DNA of 64,000 nt from an uncultured Gemmatimonadaceae bacterium (lineage in GTDB: Bacteria; Gemmatimonadota; Gemmatimonadetes; Gemmatimonadales; Gemmatimonadaceae): the NCBI GenBank assembly GCA_963781585.1, contig CAWAGQ010000005.1:128001-192000 (forward strand). The letters are read 5' to 3'. A model generated the notes under the pieces. The model was not told the DNA's origin. It made no database searches and saw only the letters and a program-made list of their open reading frames with translations. Below, piece by piece: positions 29,330-40,097 of this stretch. Every line of letters starts with the position of its first letter. Within the stretch, counting starts at the first letter, position 1. The position numbers and the translations under genes are program-made.

Positions 29330-32300
29330 ATGACTCGCCTGACCGCGTCCATCCGCCAGTCCGCCATCATCCGTCGCGCGTTTCTCCCGCGGTATCTCAT
29401 CCGCGCAGGGCACGACCCCGACCCGCATCGCCACCGCCTGCCAGGCAGTCGTCGGATTCCACTTCCGCATACAAGGGCCCGTTCACCAACGACGTCTTCG
29501 CGGGTCTGCACGCGCGGTCGATCGGACCCGCGGTCACTTCGGGACGCATCATGTCCATTGCCGTGCATCCCACGAATCACGCCATCATCTACGTCGGATC
29601 GGCGAGCGGCGGCGTGTGGAAGACCGTGAACGGCGGCGCCAGCTGGCAGCCGCTGTTCGACCGCCAGGGTTCGTACTCCATCGGGTGGGTCACGCTCGAC
29701 CCGACGAACCCGAACGTGGTGTGGGTGGGTACCGGCGAGGGCGACTCGCAGCGCTCGGTGAGCTATGGCGACGGCGTCTACAAGAGCGAAGACGGCGGCA
29801 AGACGTGGAAGAACATGGGGCTGAAGGAGAGTGAGCACATCAGCCGAATCGCCATCAACCCCAAGGATCCGAATATCGTCTACGTGGCGGCACAGGGACC
29901 GCTCTGGGGACCGGGCGGTGACCGCGGCCTCTACAAGACCACCGACGGGGGGAAGACGTGGGAGCAGGTGCTCAAGATCCGCGAGAACACCGGCGTCAGT
30001 GATGTCGTTCTCGACCCGCGCAACCCCGACATCGTGCTCGCCACCGCGTACCAGCGACGCCGCCATCAGTGGACGATGATCGACGGCGGACCGGAGAGCT
30101 CGGTCCAGCGCTCCACCGACGGCGGCAAGACCTGGACGAAGCTCAGCGGCTTCCCTAACGAGGAGCTCGGCCGCATCGGGCTGGCCATCTCGCCGGTGAA
30201 CCCGGACGTCGTCTACGCGATCGTCGAAGCCGCCAATGACAAGGGCGGCATCTACCGCTCGGCCGACAACGGGGTCACCTGGGAACGCCGATCCGACTAC
30301 AACCAGGGCGCCATGTACTACGGCTCCATCTTCGCCGACCCGTTCGACGTGGACCGCATCTATATAATGGATGTGGTCATCCAGATCTCGGACGACGGCG
30401 GGCGGACCCTGCACCCCATCGGCAGCCGCTACATGCACGTCGACATGCACGTCATCTGGGTGGATCCCGCCAACCGCGACCACTACCTGGTCGGCAACGA
30501 CGGCGGCCTGTACCAGTCGTGGGACGGCGCCGCGACCTGGACCTTCTTCCCCAATCTTCCGGTCACGCAGTTCTACGATGTGGACGTGGACAGTGACGCG
30601 CCGTTCTACCACGTCATGGGCGGCACCCAGGACAACTACTCGCTGCGCGGGCCTGCGCGCACACGGTCCGGCCATGGGATCCTCAACCAGGACTGGATCG
30701 TGACGCAGGGCGGCGACGGATTCACGTCGCACCCCGATCCGAAGGATCCCAACATCGTCTACGCCGAATCGCAGGGCGGCGGGATCGTGCGCAACGACCT
30801 GCGCACCGGCGAGCGACTGAGCGTGCAGCCGCGCGAGGACCGGGACGATCCCGCCGGCCCGCTGGAACTGGGACGCGCCGTTCATCGTCTCGTCGCATGA
30901 TAACAATCGGCTGTACATGGGATCGCAGTTCCTCTATCGCAGCGACGACCGCGCCGCCAGCTGGAAGAAGATCTCGCCCGATCTCACGCGAACGATCGAC
31001 ATCAACACGTTGCCGCTCATGGGCAAGCTGTGGGGTCCCGACGCCGTGGCCAAGAACACGTCCACGGCGCTCTACTCGAACATCTCCGCGATCTCCGAAT
31101 CGCCGAAGAACGAACGGCTGCTCTACGTCGGCACCGATGACGGGCTGATCGAAGTGAGCGAGGACGGCGGTACCACGTGGCGCAAGATCGAGAACTTCCC
31201 GGGTGTCACCAGCGACCGGCCGTACGTGAGCCGGATCAGGGCGAGCGTGAACGACGAGCGGCACGGTCTACGCCACGCTGGAGAACCACCAGAGCGCCGA
31301 CTTCGCGCCGTACGTGTTCAAGAGCACCGATGCCGGGCGCACGTGGACGTCGATCGCCGGCGACCTGCCGAAGCAGGGCTCGGTGTACGCGTTCGCCGAG
31401 GATCATGTCGATCCGAACCTGCTGTTCGCGGGAACGGAGTTCGGCGCCTACTTCACCAAGGATGGCGGCGAAGCACTGGGTGAAGATCGCCGGCCTGCCG
31501 ACGATCGCCGTGCGCGATCTCGCCATTCAGCGGCAGCGAGAACGATCTGGCGATGGCCACGTTCGGCCGCGGGTTCTACGTGCTCGACGATTACTCGCCG
31601 CTGCGCGCGACAACGGCCGCGACCGTGGCCAATGCCGCGACTCTCTATCCGGTCCGCGATGCGATGCTGTACGTCCAGACGCAGCAGTACGGAGGCGCCG
31701 GCAATGCGTTCCAGGGCGAGGTGTTGTACTCGGCGAACAATCCGCCGTACGGCGCGGTGATCACCTGGTACATGAAGGACGGATTGAAGACGCTCAAGGA
31801 GAAGCGTGTCGAGGCCGAAAAGGCGGCCGAGAAGGCCGGCAAGCCGATTCAGTACCCGACGGCGGACCAGCTGCGCGCGGAGGAGGAGGAAGAACCGCCG
31901 GCCGTGCTGGTGACGATCATCGACGCGTCGGGGCGGGAGGTCCGGACGGTAACGGGTCCGGTCGGCAAGGGGATGCAGCGCGTGTCGTGGGACCTCCGCG
32001 GGACCGGGGCGAGCATCCCGTTAGGCGCTGCCGGTGGCGGACGCGGAGGTGGCGGAGGTGGCGGCGGGGGCGCGGGACGCGGCGGTGGCCCGCCGGGCCC
32101 GTACGTGGTACCGGGGAAGTACAGCGCGACACTTTCCACGCGCGTGCAAGGGGTGGAGAAGCAGATCGCCGGACCAGTGACGTTCAACGTCGTCGGTGAT
32201 CCGGCGAACCCCGTGACCCTCGCGGACCAGCAGGCCCGGTGGGAGTTTCAGCACAAGGCGATGGCGCTGGGGCGCCAGGTGAACGGGGCGATCGATGTCG

Positions 32301-32692
32301 CCAATCTGAACAACACGAAGCTCGACCAGATGCGCCGAGCCCTCGATGCCACACCGAACGCACCGAAGGGCCTGCGCGACCAGGTGGTGGCCTACGACAA
32401 ACGGCTCTCGGCGATTCTGTTCGCGCTGCGTGGGGACGTGGTGCTTGGAGCACGGAGTGACCCCGATCCGATGTCGATCCAGCAGCGGGCCGGAGCGGCC
32501 GGGGCGTTCGGTTCCTGGTTAGGCAGGCCGACCGGGGCGATGGAGGAGCAGTACGCGATCGCGTCGACGCTGTTCGGCTCGGAGCTGCCGAAGCTCAGGC
32601 AACTCGTGGAGACCGACATCCCCGCCCTGGAGCGCGAGCTGGAGCGGATCGGAGCGCCCTACACCAGCGGGAGGCTGCCGGGCCCGCCGTAG
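29330..32692 (+). CDS. Second VPS10/BNR repeat glycosyl-hydrolase-like protein; frameshifts near 29400, 30855, 31260, 31470 and 31535
   Basis: ARSIGPAVTSGRI, repeated DGGKTW boxes, GGTQDN, ATFGRGFYVLDD; paralogous to 18674-21849. Confidence 0.9.
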
Positions 32693-32851
32693 GGCAGTTG
32701 ACGGCCGCGCGGCGTCCGCGCGGCGTCCCTGGGGGTACGCCCGCATCAAGCAGCACGCGAGCGACCCGCCGTCTCGAATTCGCCGTCTTCACGCCGCGAA
32801 GCGTCAGGCACGGCACGGAGACCAGGGCAGCCGGAAGCTGTGACGATGACG

Positions 32852-35035
32852 CTACTTCCTGAGACAGAACCCCACATCAAAGGTGTTGTGGTTGTGCGAG
32901 CCCGATTGGCTGCCCACGATTGATCGATCCCAGACCCGCAACAGCACCACATATCCGCATGGTTGCATTCCCGTTGTATCGAGCTCCCACTCATCCCCAC
33001 CCGCGACAAACGTGGCCGTTTCGGTCGTGGCCGGCGTCGCGGTCGTCGGGGCATTTGGCGACATGCTCGACGGCAGCGTCGACAAGGTGAACCCGCCGAA
33101 ATGGGCATCCCGCGCGACGAAGTGGCCCTGGATGGTTGTCCCCTTGGTGAAGTCCTTGCAGTCGCCGCCACTGTCGATGTGAATCTCGCAGGTGACTGGC
33201 GGCGGTTCGTACGGCAGCACAGCGGGGCGACGACGGGGCGCCGTGTTGTCGAGCTGGATGCTGTGCCACGGCGTGGTTCCCACCACAATGCCACCTAACG
33301 TGGCCATCTCGAGTCGGATCTCGTGGAGGTCGTCGCCCGGCGGCGTCCAATGCGCGAGCACCTGGTCCATGTTCGCCAGGGTGCTCATGTACGCGGCGTA
33401 GCCGGTGAGCGGATCCGGGGTGATGTTCGAGCCCACGCCGAGCCAGTTCACCACATGGAACGTGCTCTTGACGACCTCTTCGGTCAGGGGGTTGCCGAAA
33501 TTGCGCGCCCACAGGCGGTACTTGAATCCCGGCACCGGCGGTCCCTGGACGATGATGCGTCCCCCGAACGGGCACTCGCGGTTCAGCAACCAGGGATCGG
33601 CAGGATCGCCACCGAACGCGAAGGTCGCCAGGGGCTTGGTCATGCCGTCGCCGAATACGTTGATGTCAGCCACGCCAATGCCGCCAATGATGCTGATCAC
33701 CGGCTGGTCGCCGGGCATCGCGGTGCCGGGCCGGATCTGCACATGGGCGTCGAGGCGATTGCCCCAGTGCGTCAGAGCATCCGGGTCGGTCGTCGAAGGC
33801 GGCGTATTCCACGAGAGGACAGCGCGGATGCGCGCGATCTTCGGCCCGCCCCCTCGCCCTCCGCACGGGCGCCGGATCGCACTCAGGTCCACCGGGAGGA
33901 TCGCGCTGTACGCGAGCCCACCGGGCGGGAGCGCGGCAATGTCGTGAACGTTGACGGTGACGGTGTTGAGGTAGGTCCATTCACACGTGTCGCCCCAGTC
34001 CGCCCAGAGGGCCACGTATTCCAGGCTTCCGTGGGTGCACAGGTCACCCGAGTAGCCGAGTGGTCTCCTGATCCGGAAGGTCGCGATCAGCCGCTCGAGG
34101 TTGTACTCGAGACCCAGGCACTCGAGTTCTTCGTACGACACATCGGCCTTCGTCTTCTCCAGCGCGTTCACCACGACAGAGAGATCCAGGCCGACCGCCT
34201 TCCACTGCTCGGCGGCCACCGACAGCGCGTCTTGATCCGCCGACTTCAGCAGGGGCTGCAGGTGCGCAAAACCGAACCGGTGCGGTTCCACCGCGACGGC
34301 CTTGGACTTTCCCTTCGTCTGGTACAGTTCGGCCAGACTGCTCAACGACATCGGAGGTGGGTCGGGCAACGGAATGGGGAACGGCTTCACCTCGGCGGCC
34401 AGCGCGGGAAGGGTCTTCAGCAGGTCGCTCGGAACCATCTCGACGACGTCACCGAACCACAGAGGCCGGGGCGTGATCTGGATGTGCTCGTCCAGCACGT
34501 TCCCCCAGATCGGCGGCCAGTTCGCATTCCCCGCCGGAGGGATCAGCTGCCAGGAGAGGATGGCGCGGACGTTCGGCAACACCGGATGCCGACAGTTCTG
34601 ACGCTCCGGATCGAGAGGCAGCGTGACAACGTACGTGAGCGGCTTGTCGGGATGCCGGGCGCAGTCGAGCGTGTTGGGAATGTCATGGGCGTTGAATGCC
34701 GCCAGTCCTGCGTCGGTCCAGCCGGTTCCGTAGTCTACGAAAAAGCGGACATACTCCGTGGATCCGGGCGTACACAGCGTGCCGTTGTAGCCACCCGGCC
34801 GCTTGATCTGGATCGTGGCCTCGAGCAGGTCGAGCGCCGGATTGAACCCGACGCAGCTCACCTGCTCGTAGGTCGTATTGCCGAGGATCTTCTTGACCGG
34901 CTCGAACTGGCTCTTCTCGAGGTTCCCGAAGTAGTTGGGGTTGGTGGCGAGGAGCTTTCGGAACTCCAGCCGTTCCCTGGGTGGAACGTGCAGACGCTCG
35001 CGTGTCGCAGCGCTTTTCACGGCTCTGGCAGGCAT
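32852..35035 (-). CDS. Hypothetical 727 aa protein with an internal tandem domain duplication
   Basis: GGAGG RBS; native-looking codon use; two copies of YE..C.G..RP.GY.G.LCT.GS.EYV..HDI..RA.LSW..WGN. Confidence 0.85.
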   Translation of the reverse strand: MPARAVKSAATRERLHVPPRERLEFRKLLATNPNYFGNLEKSQFEPVKKILGNTTYEQVSCVGFNPALDLLEATIQIKRPGGYNGTLCTPGSTEYVRFFVDYGTGWTDAGLAAFNAHDIPNTLDCARHPDKPLTYVVTLPLDPERQNCRHPVLPNVRAILSWQLIPPAGNANWPPIWGNVLDEHIQITPRPLWFGDVVEMVPSDLLKTLPALAAEVKPFPIPLPDPPPMSLSSLAELYQTKGKSKAVAVEPHRFGFAHLQPLLKSADQDALSVAAEQWKAVGLDLSVVVNALEKTKADVSYEELECLGLEYNLERLIATFRIRRPLGYSGDLCTHGSLEYVALWADWGDTCEWTYLNTVTVNVHDIAALPPGGLAYSAILPVDLSAIRRPCGGRGGGPKIARIRAVLSWNTPPSTTDPDALTHWGNRLDAHVQIRPGTAMPGDQPVISIIGGIGVADINVFGDGMTKPLATFAFGGDPADPWLLNRECPFGGRIIVQGPPVPGFKYRLWARNFGNPLTEEVVKSTFHVVNWLGVGSNITPDPLTGYAAYMSTLANMDQVLAHWTPPGDDLHEIRLEMATLGGIVVGTTPWHSIQLDNTAPRRRPAVLPYEPPPVTCEIHIDSGGDCKDFTKGTTIQGHFVARDAHFGGFTLSTLPSSMSPNAPTTATPATTETATFVAGGDEWELDTTGMQPCGYVVLLRVWDRSIVGSQSGSHNHNTFDVGFCLRK

Positions 35036-35361
35036 TCTCCGCACCTCCGCTTCGGGGACCTCACGCCGGCGGCGCCGTGGAGCACCTGCGGCGCATGACT
35101 CCACGCCAACCGCCTGCCTAACGTCCCAGCTTGACCCGCACCACGCCCACGTCGAATGGCGAACCACGCGATCGACGTGGCCTCACACGATGATCTGGCA
35201 GGCAACAGGGCGCCAGTTCGCTTCTGAAAGCGTCGTAACGGATTTGAAAGGTACGAACGCCGGAGACGCTCCCCCGCAGCTCGAGCTCGCTTGGGTGCGG
35301 TTACGCTGTCGCGCGAGCATGGCGTCAGCCGCGCCGGTGCGTGACGCGATGCGGGCGCGCG

Positions 35362-36216
35362 TCAGTCTCCGGCTATCACGCGCCCAGACGACTTCGCCGC
35401 GGCCGATCCCGAATCCAGGAGCGACAGCAGCACCGCCCCACGCGCGCCGTCACGTGCCAGCGTGCGCCGCACACGCGCCCGCTGCATCCGGAGCGCGCCC
35501 GCGCTGGCCACATCGAGCCGGCGCGCGATCTCCTCGCGGGAACGTATTCCCCGGCGCTCCAGCTCGAACGCGTGGTACTGTCGGCCGCACCGCATCAGAA
35601 CACCCGTGGTGGGCAGGCCGATCGTGTGCAGGTGATGATTGACGGTCTGAATGGTCACGCCGAACGAGCGCGCCAGTTCGCGCTCGAGTCCGCGGCGGTG
35701 TCCGTTGCGCAGGCAGTGCAGCGCCAGCGTGCGCTTCGCGCCAACCGGCAGTTCAGCGGCGACCAGATCCAGCTCACTTTCGGGAGGCGGGGCCAGCGTC
35801 CTGGCTCGCACGGTGGCCGCCAGGTCGCGAAAGTCCGACGTCTCAGCCAGCGTCATCAGGTCATCCGCCCCGGCAATGCTGAATTGCCGGAGCAATCGGT
35901 AGGCGCTCTCGGAGGGCGCTGTACAGATGTAGATGGCAGTGCGTGGGTTATGCGACCGGATCCACTCAACGAGGCGGATCGACGAGGTACCGTCGGCGGT
36001 GCGCGGCCCGAGTATCAACACCGGCACCGGGGCCAGCATCGTTCGGTCGCGCTGATGTTGCAATCGACTGACATCGAGCCGAAGAACGCGGTGCGCCTCG
36101 AGGGTCTTCTCGATGCCCGTGCACAGATCGCCACAGCCATCATCGATGATGACCTCGACTTGTCGGCGCAGCGCGGCGCCACCTTGAGGAACCCGCGACT
36201 TCGCGTAGTACAACAT
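35362..36216 (-). CDS. Putative AraC-like HTH regulator with degenerate receiver-like N-terminus
   Basis: ELARSFGVTIQTVNHHL..GLPT and SREEIARRLDVASAGALR twin HTH-like segments. Confidence 0.65.
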   Translation of the reverse strand: MLYYAKSRVPQGGAALRRQVEVIIDDGCGDLCTGIEKTLEAHRVLRLDVSRLQHQRDRTMLAPVPVLILGPRTADGTSSIRLVEWIRSHNPRTAIYICTAPSESAYRLLRQFSIAGADDLMTLAETSDFRDLAATVRARTLAPPPESELDLVAAELPVGAKRTLALHCLRNGHRRGLERELARSFGVTIQTVNHHLHTIGLPTTGVLMRCGRQYHAFELERRGIRSREEIARRLDVASAGALRMQRARVRRTLARDGARGAVLLSLLDSGSAAAKSSGRVIAGD

Positions 36217-36359
36217 TGCTGCTCACGACAGTGGTTCGAAGGCTCGCGCCGCGCAGATCACCGCGGGGGGCGGTCCTGCTATTCAGCCCTTGCGAGGAAT
36301 CGACAAGGGGCCTCGGTGTCGAACGTTCCGGAAGTGATCAGGCTGCCGTTGTCGCTGTC

Positions 36360-36734
36360 CTACGCACTGACGATCGCGAGGATGTTCCCGTCCGGATCCT
36401 TGAACCACGCGGCCTTCATCGTGCCGGCCACGTGCACATCGCCACGGCGCGTCATCTCCGGCAGGTCGTAGTGTTCGAACGCGACACCCTTGTCCCTGAG
36501 GACCTGCACCTCCTTTTCCACGTCACCGACTTCCCAGGTCGCGGCAGTTGCCTTGTTCGTTCCGGCGAACTCGGACTGGTAGACCAGAATGTTCGAGTCC
36601 CCGCTCCGATACGACAGCACGCCGGGCTGCTCGCCACGCGCCCGACTCAGGCCGAGCTTTTCCTCATAGAATTTCCGGGCAACTTCGACATCCTTGACGG
36701 GGATGGTCGCGGTGACTGCTCGTTCTCCAAGCAT
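36360..36734 (-). CDS. VOC/glyoxalase family protein
   Basis: IPVKDVEVARKFYEEKLGL..AAWFKDPDGNILAI. Confidence 0.92.
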   Translation of the reverse strand: MLGERAVTATIPVKDVEVARKFYEEKLGLSRARGEQPGVLSYRSGDSNILVYQSEFAGTNKATAATWEVGDVEKEVQVLRDKGVAFEHYDLPEMTRRGDVHVAGTMKAAWFKDPDGNILAIVSA

Positions 36735-36890
36735 GCGTTCCTCCCTGGTGGTTCCGCGCGCCGGCTTCGTGCGCGCGTTCGTCAGTATAGCATCCACGGG
36801 ACCAATCGGCACATTCCCACCATGCGCGCTATCGCTGGCTCCGTCAGCTCCCTCGCGGCGGACCCAGCCTTGATCAACACTTGATCAACA

Positions 36891-37090
36891 ATGGATACGC
36901 CGCCAGGACCGACAGCCCGAAGGCCGTGGAGTGGCGCACGAAGCTCAGCCCCGAACAGTACCACGTCAGGGCAACCCCGCCGACTCAATGCCCGGCTATT
37001 GACGAGCCCGTACCGGGCGCGCACATCATCTCGTGCCGAGCCGTTTGATCCGCGCTCCGGACTCCGCCGCTATGCGATCACCGGTTCGGT
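36891..37090 (+). pseudogene. msrB: Heavily deleted remnant of methionine sulfoxide reductase B
   Basis: EWRTKLSPEQYHV (MsrB N-terminal signature), CPAIDEPVPGA (cf. WPSF..GA) and SGLRRYAI (cf. GLRYCIN), in order. Confidence 0.55.
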
Positions 37091-37147
37091 GGAAGGTCCG
37101 TGCAGCCCGTCGACGCCGTCTTCACTCACACACCGATCCTCGAAACG

Positions 37148-38914
37148 ATGAAGCGCATCCCGATTCGTTCGCTCGCGGTAGGCATCAGCGCCGTGTTCCT
37201 CGTGCGCTCTCCACTCGTCGCTCAGAACCCACGGCGCACCGCCACTCCCCGCTCGGCGGCTGCACCGGCGTTCTCGGTGGTGGAAGCCACCATCGCCGAC
37301 ATGCGCAGCGCGCTCGAGCAGAAACGGACCACGTCGCACGAGATCGTCGTGCAGTCGCTCACGCGGATCGCGCTCTACGAGGACCACTTGCACGCGGTGA
37401 TCACCGTGAACCCCAGGGCGCTCGCGATCGCCGATTCGCTGGACCGCTTGCGCGCGCAGGGACGGATCCTGGGACCGCTGCACGGCATCCCGGTGGCGCT
37501 CAAGGACAACATCCACACGACGGACATGCGCACCACCGGCGGTGCACTGGCCTTCGCCGACCTGGTGCCGCCTTACGAGGCCACGCTCACGAAGAACCTC
37601 GAGGCCGCCGGCGCCATCATCCTCGCCAAGACGCAATTGACCGAGCTCGCCAACTGGGTGGCGAGCGGCATGCCCGGGAACTACAACGCGCTCAACGGCT
37701 ACGGGATGAACCCCTGGGATCCGCGCCGCGATCCGCGTCCGAATTTCTTCGATGGGCGCCCGGTGCTGTCCACCGGCGGCTCGAGCTCGGGGGTGGGCAC
37801 GAACGTGAGCTTCTGGGCAGCCAATGTCGGGACCGAGACATCGGGTTCCATACTGAGTCCGTCGAATCAGAACATGCTCGTCGGCATCAAGCCCACGGTG
37901 GGCCGCGTGAGCCGTTACGGCGTCATTCCCATCACGGCCGACCAGGACACGCCGGGACCGATGGCCCGTACCGTCTCCGACGCCGCGATCATGCTCGGCG
38001 CCCTCGAAGGCGCCCAGCCGGACCCGAACGACCCGGCAACCACCAAGTGCCCGCCGCCCGCCGGCCGGGACTACACCAGATTTCTCAACGCCAGGGGGCT
38101 CCAGGGAGCACGCATCGGGATCCCCCGGGCATTCTTTTACGAGCGCACGCCGGTGCCGGGGAGCACCAACCCGCGCGGCGGGCTTTCCGACGCACAGCGC
38201 ACCATCATGGACGAGGCGATCGCCGCCCTGAAGGCGCAGGGCGCCGTCCTCGTCGATCCGGCCGACATCCCGAGCGTGATCGACACGAGCGCGGCCAGCA
38301 ACTTTCTCAACTGGAACCCGTGCAGCGGACTCGACGAGGCCAGGGGACTGGACGCCGACTGTTCGATCGCCTTCAAGTACGGGATGAAGCGCGATTTCAA
38401 TGCCTGGCTCAACTCGTTAGGCGATCGGGCGCCGGTCAGGACCCTGACCGAGTTGCGGGAATGGAACATCGCACATCAGCGGGCCGGGGCGATCAAGTAC
38501 GGTCAGGCGGAGCTCGACATCTCGGACGAGATGAACGTGCAGGCCGACCGCGAGCGGTACGAAGCCGACCGGCGCAAGGATGTTCTCCTGTCGGCAACCG
38601 GCGGGATCGACGCCGCCCTCAAGGCCAACCGGCTGGACGCGCTGCTGTTTCCCGGGGTGAGCAGTGCCAACATCGGGGCACGTCCGGGTTATCCCACCGT
38701 CACCGTGCCGTTCGGATTCGTGCCGGTGGGCACCGGCCCCGGAACCGGTCGTGGCGGCGGCGGTGCCGCGTTCCCGCCCGGGTTCGACCCAAAGCCGTCA
38801 CCGTTCAACGTGAGCTTCACCGGGACGGCGTGCAGCGAACCGAAGCTGATCGAGATCGCGTACGCGTTCGAGCAGGCGACGAAGAAGCGAAAAGCGCCGC
38901 CCGGGTTTCCGTGA
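37148..38914 (+). CDS. Exported amidase (amidase-signature family)
   Basis: LHGIPVALKDNI, GGSSSG, GTETSGSILSPS and GIKPTVG. Confidence 0.95.
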   Translation: MKRIPIRSLAVGISAVFLVRSPLVAQNPRRTATPRSAAAPAFSVVEATIADMRSALEQKRTTSHEIVVQSLTRIALYEDHLHAVITVNPRALAIADSLDRLRAQGRILGPLHGIPVALKDNIHTTDMRTTGGALAFADLVPPYEATLTKNLEAAGAIILAKTQLTELANWVASGMPGNYNALNGYGMNPWDPRRDPRPNFFDGRPVLSTGGSSSGVGTNVSFWAANVGTETSGSILSPSNQNMLVGIKPTVGRVSRYGVIPITADQDTPGPMARTVSDAAIMLGALEGAQPDPNDPATTKCPPPAGRDYTRFLNARGLQGARIGIPRAFFYERTPVPGSTNPRGGLSDAQRTIMDEAIAALKAQGAVLVDPADIPSVIDTSAASNFLNWNPCSGLDEARGLDADCSIAFKYGMKRDFNAWLNSLGDRAPVRTLTELREWNIAHQRAGAIKYGQAELDISDEMNVQADRERYEADRRKDVLLSATGGIDAALKANRLDALLFPGVSSANIGARPGYPTVTVPFGFVPVGTGPGTGRGGGGAAFPPGFDPKPSPFNVSFTGTACSEPKLIEIAYAFEQATKKRKAPPGFP

Positions 38915-38931
38915 GGCTGTGAGTCCCCCTC

Positions 38932-39012
38932 GGCCCCGGCCATGGTGCGCGGCGCCTGTCGTGATACAGGCCCCGGCCATGGTGCGCGGCGCCTGTCGCG
39001 ATTCAGGCCCGG
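38932..39012. repeat. 37 bp tandem direct repeat x2 with internal hairpin
   Basis: ggccccggccatggtgcgcggcgcctgtcgtgataca at 38932; near-identical copy at 38969. Confidence 0.9.
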
Positions 39013-39120
39013 GCGGCGGCGGCGCGCCGACTGCCGCAGAGGGGGCTCCGCCCGCTATGTTCCGCTGGCGGCGCGATGTACAGTAACCCGCGCCGTCCAA
39101 CACCAGGGGAGGAATCCCTC

Positions 39121-39288
39121 ATGTCGAAGAGACGAAAGCCGAACATCCCACAGTTTGGCAGATCGAAGGCGCCGGGTGGTCCCGTCAAGCCGGGACAGGC
39201 TATCGCTCCGCCCGGAACCAAGCCGCCCGTTCCTCAGGTCAAGCCTCACTCCAACCCCGTGAAATCGTCGGGTCACCGCGGCGCGTAG
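39121..39288 (+). CDS. Small basic Pro/Lys-rich protein (55 aa)
   Basis: GGGGAGG RBS; MSKRRKPNIPQFGRSKAPGGPVKPG.. Confidence 0.6.
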   Translation: MSKRRKPNIPQFGRSKAPGGPVKPGQAIAPPGTKPPVPQVKPHSNPVKSSGHRGA

Positions 39289-39308
39289 GGCCAGTCGCGC
39301 GTCGCGCG

Positions 39309-40097
39309 ATGGCACAGGCAGGTGCTCACGGGCGAGAGGTGAGTGGCCGGTCGTGGGTGCGTGCCTTGGTCTCTTGCCGCAGATCTCGCACGACCAGCGG
39401 TGCAAGAACAGGGTGCCGGCGGCGGATGTGGACGCTGGCCCTCCTTCTCGACCTTGGCTGCATCCATGCCGCGGCGCCCGGCGTGGCCGGCCTGAACGGG
39501 CACCGCCTGGCCCTGCTGCTCGATCCTTCCAGTCCCGAGTGGCGCAGGCCAGCGCCGGCGATCTCACACCTGCGGTTCGAGACGTCCAAGGGTGTCTTCG
39601 TGCTCGAACTGATTCGCGCGTGGGGGCCGGTCGGCGCCGATCGCCTCTACAACCTGGCGCGACTCGGCTACTACGACGACACGCGCTTCCACCGCGTCCG
39701 TGCACACTACATCGCGCAATTCGGACTGCACGGCAATCCCGCTGTGAACGCAGCGTGGAAGGATCAGTACCTCCCCGACGATCCGCCCAGGTCGGATAAC
39801 CGGCGCGGCACGTTTGCGTTCGCATACAAAGCGGAGCCCAACACCCGCAACACCCAGATCTACATCAACCTCGCCGACAATACCGGCAACGACGCGGAGC
39901 CTTTCACCGTCCTCGGCACGGTGATCGAAGGCATGGCGGTGGTCGACAGCCTGTACGCGGGGTACGGCGAGGATTCGGGCAGCGGGATGCGCCAGGGGCG
40001 ACAGGGGCCGCTCGCCCAGGGCGGAAACGCCTACATGGACCGGGAGTTCCCCTTGCTCGATCGCATCCTGCGCGTCACGGTGACCGCGGTGAGGTAG
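39309..40097 (+). CDS. Cyclophilin-type peptidyl-prolyl isomerase (start uncertain, possibly 39426)
   Basis: FETSKGVFVLEL, GYYDDTRFHRV..IAQFG and TRNTQIYINLADN. Confidence 0.9.
   Translation: MAQAGAHGREVSGRSWVRALVSCRRSRTTSGARTGCRRRMWTLALLLDLGCIHAAAPGVAGLNGHRLALLLDPSSPEWRRPAPAISHLRFETSKGVFVLELIRAWGPVGADRLYNLARLGYYDDTRFHRVRAHYIAQFGLHGNPAVNAAWKDQYLPDDPPRSDNRRGTFAFAYKAEPNTRNTQIYINLADNTGNDAEPFTVLGTVIEGMAVVDSLYAGYGEDSGSGMRQGRQGPLAQGGNAYMDREFPLLDRILRVTVTAVR

Noticed and set aside
38932..39012. CRISPR array
   Set aside because: The 37-bp units are contiguous with no spacers, there are only two copies and there are no cas genes.
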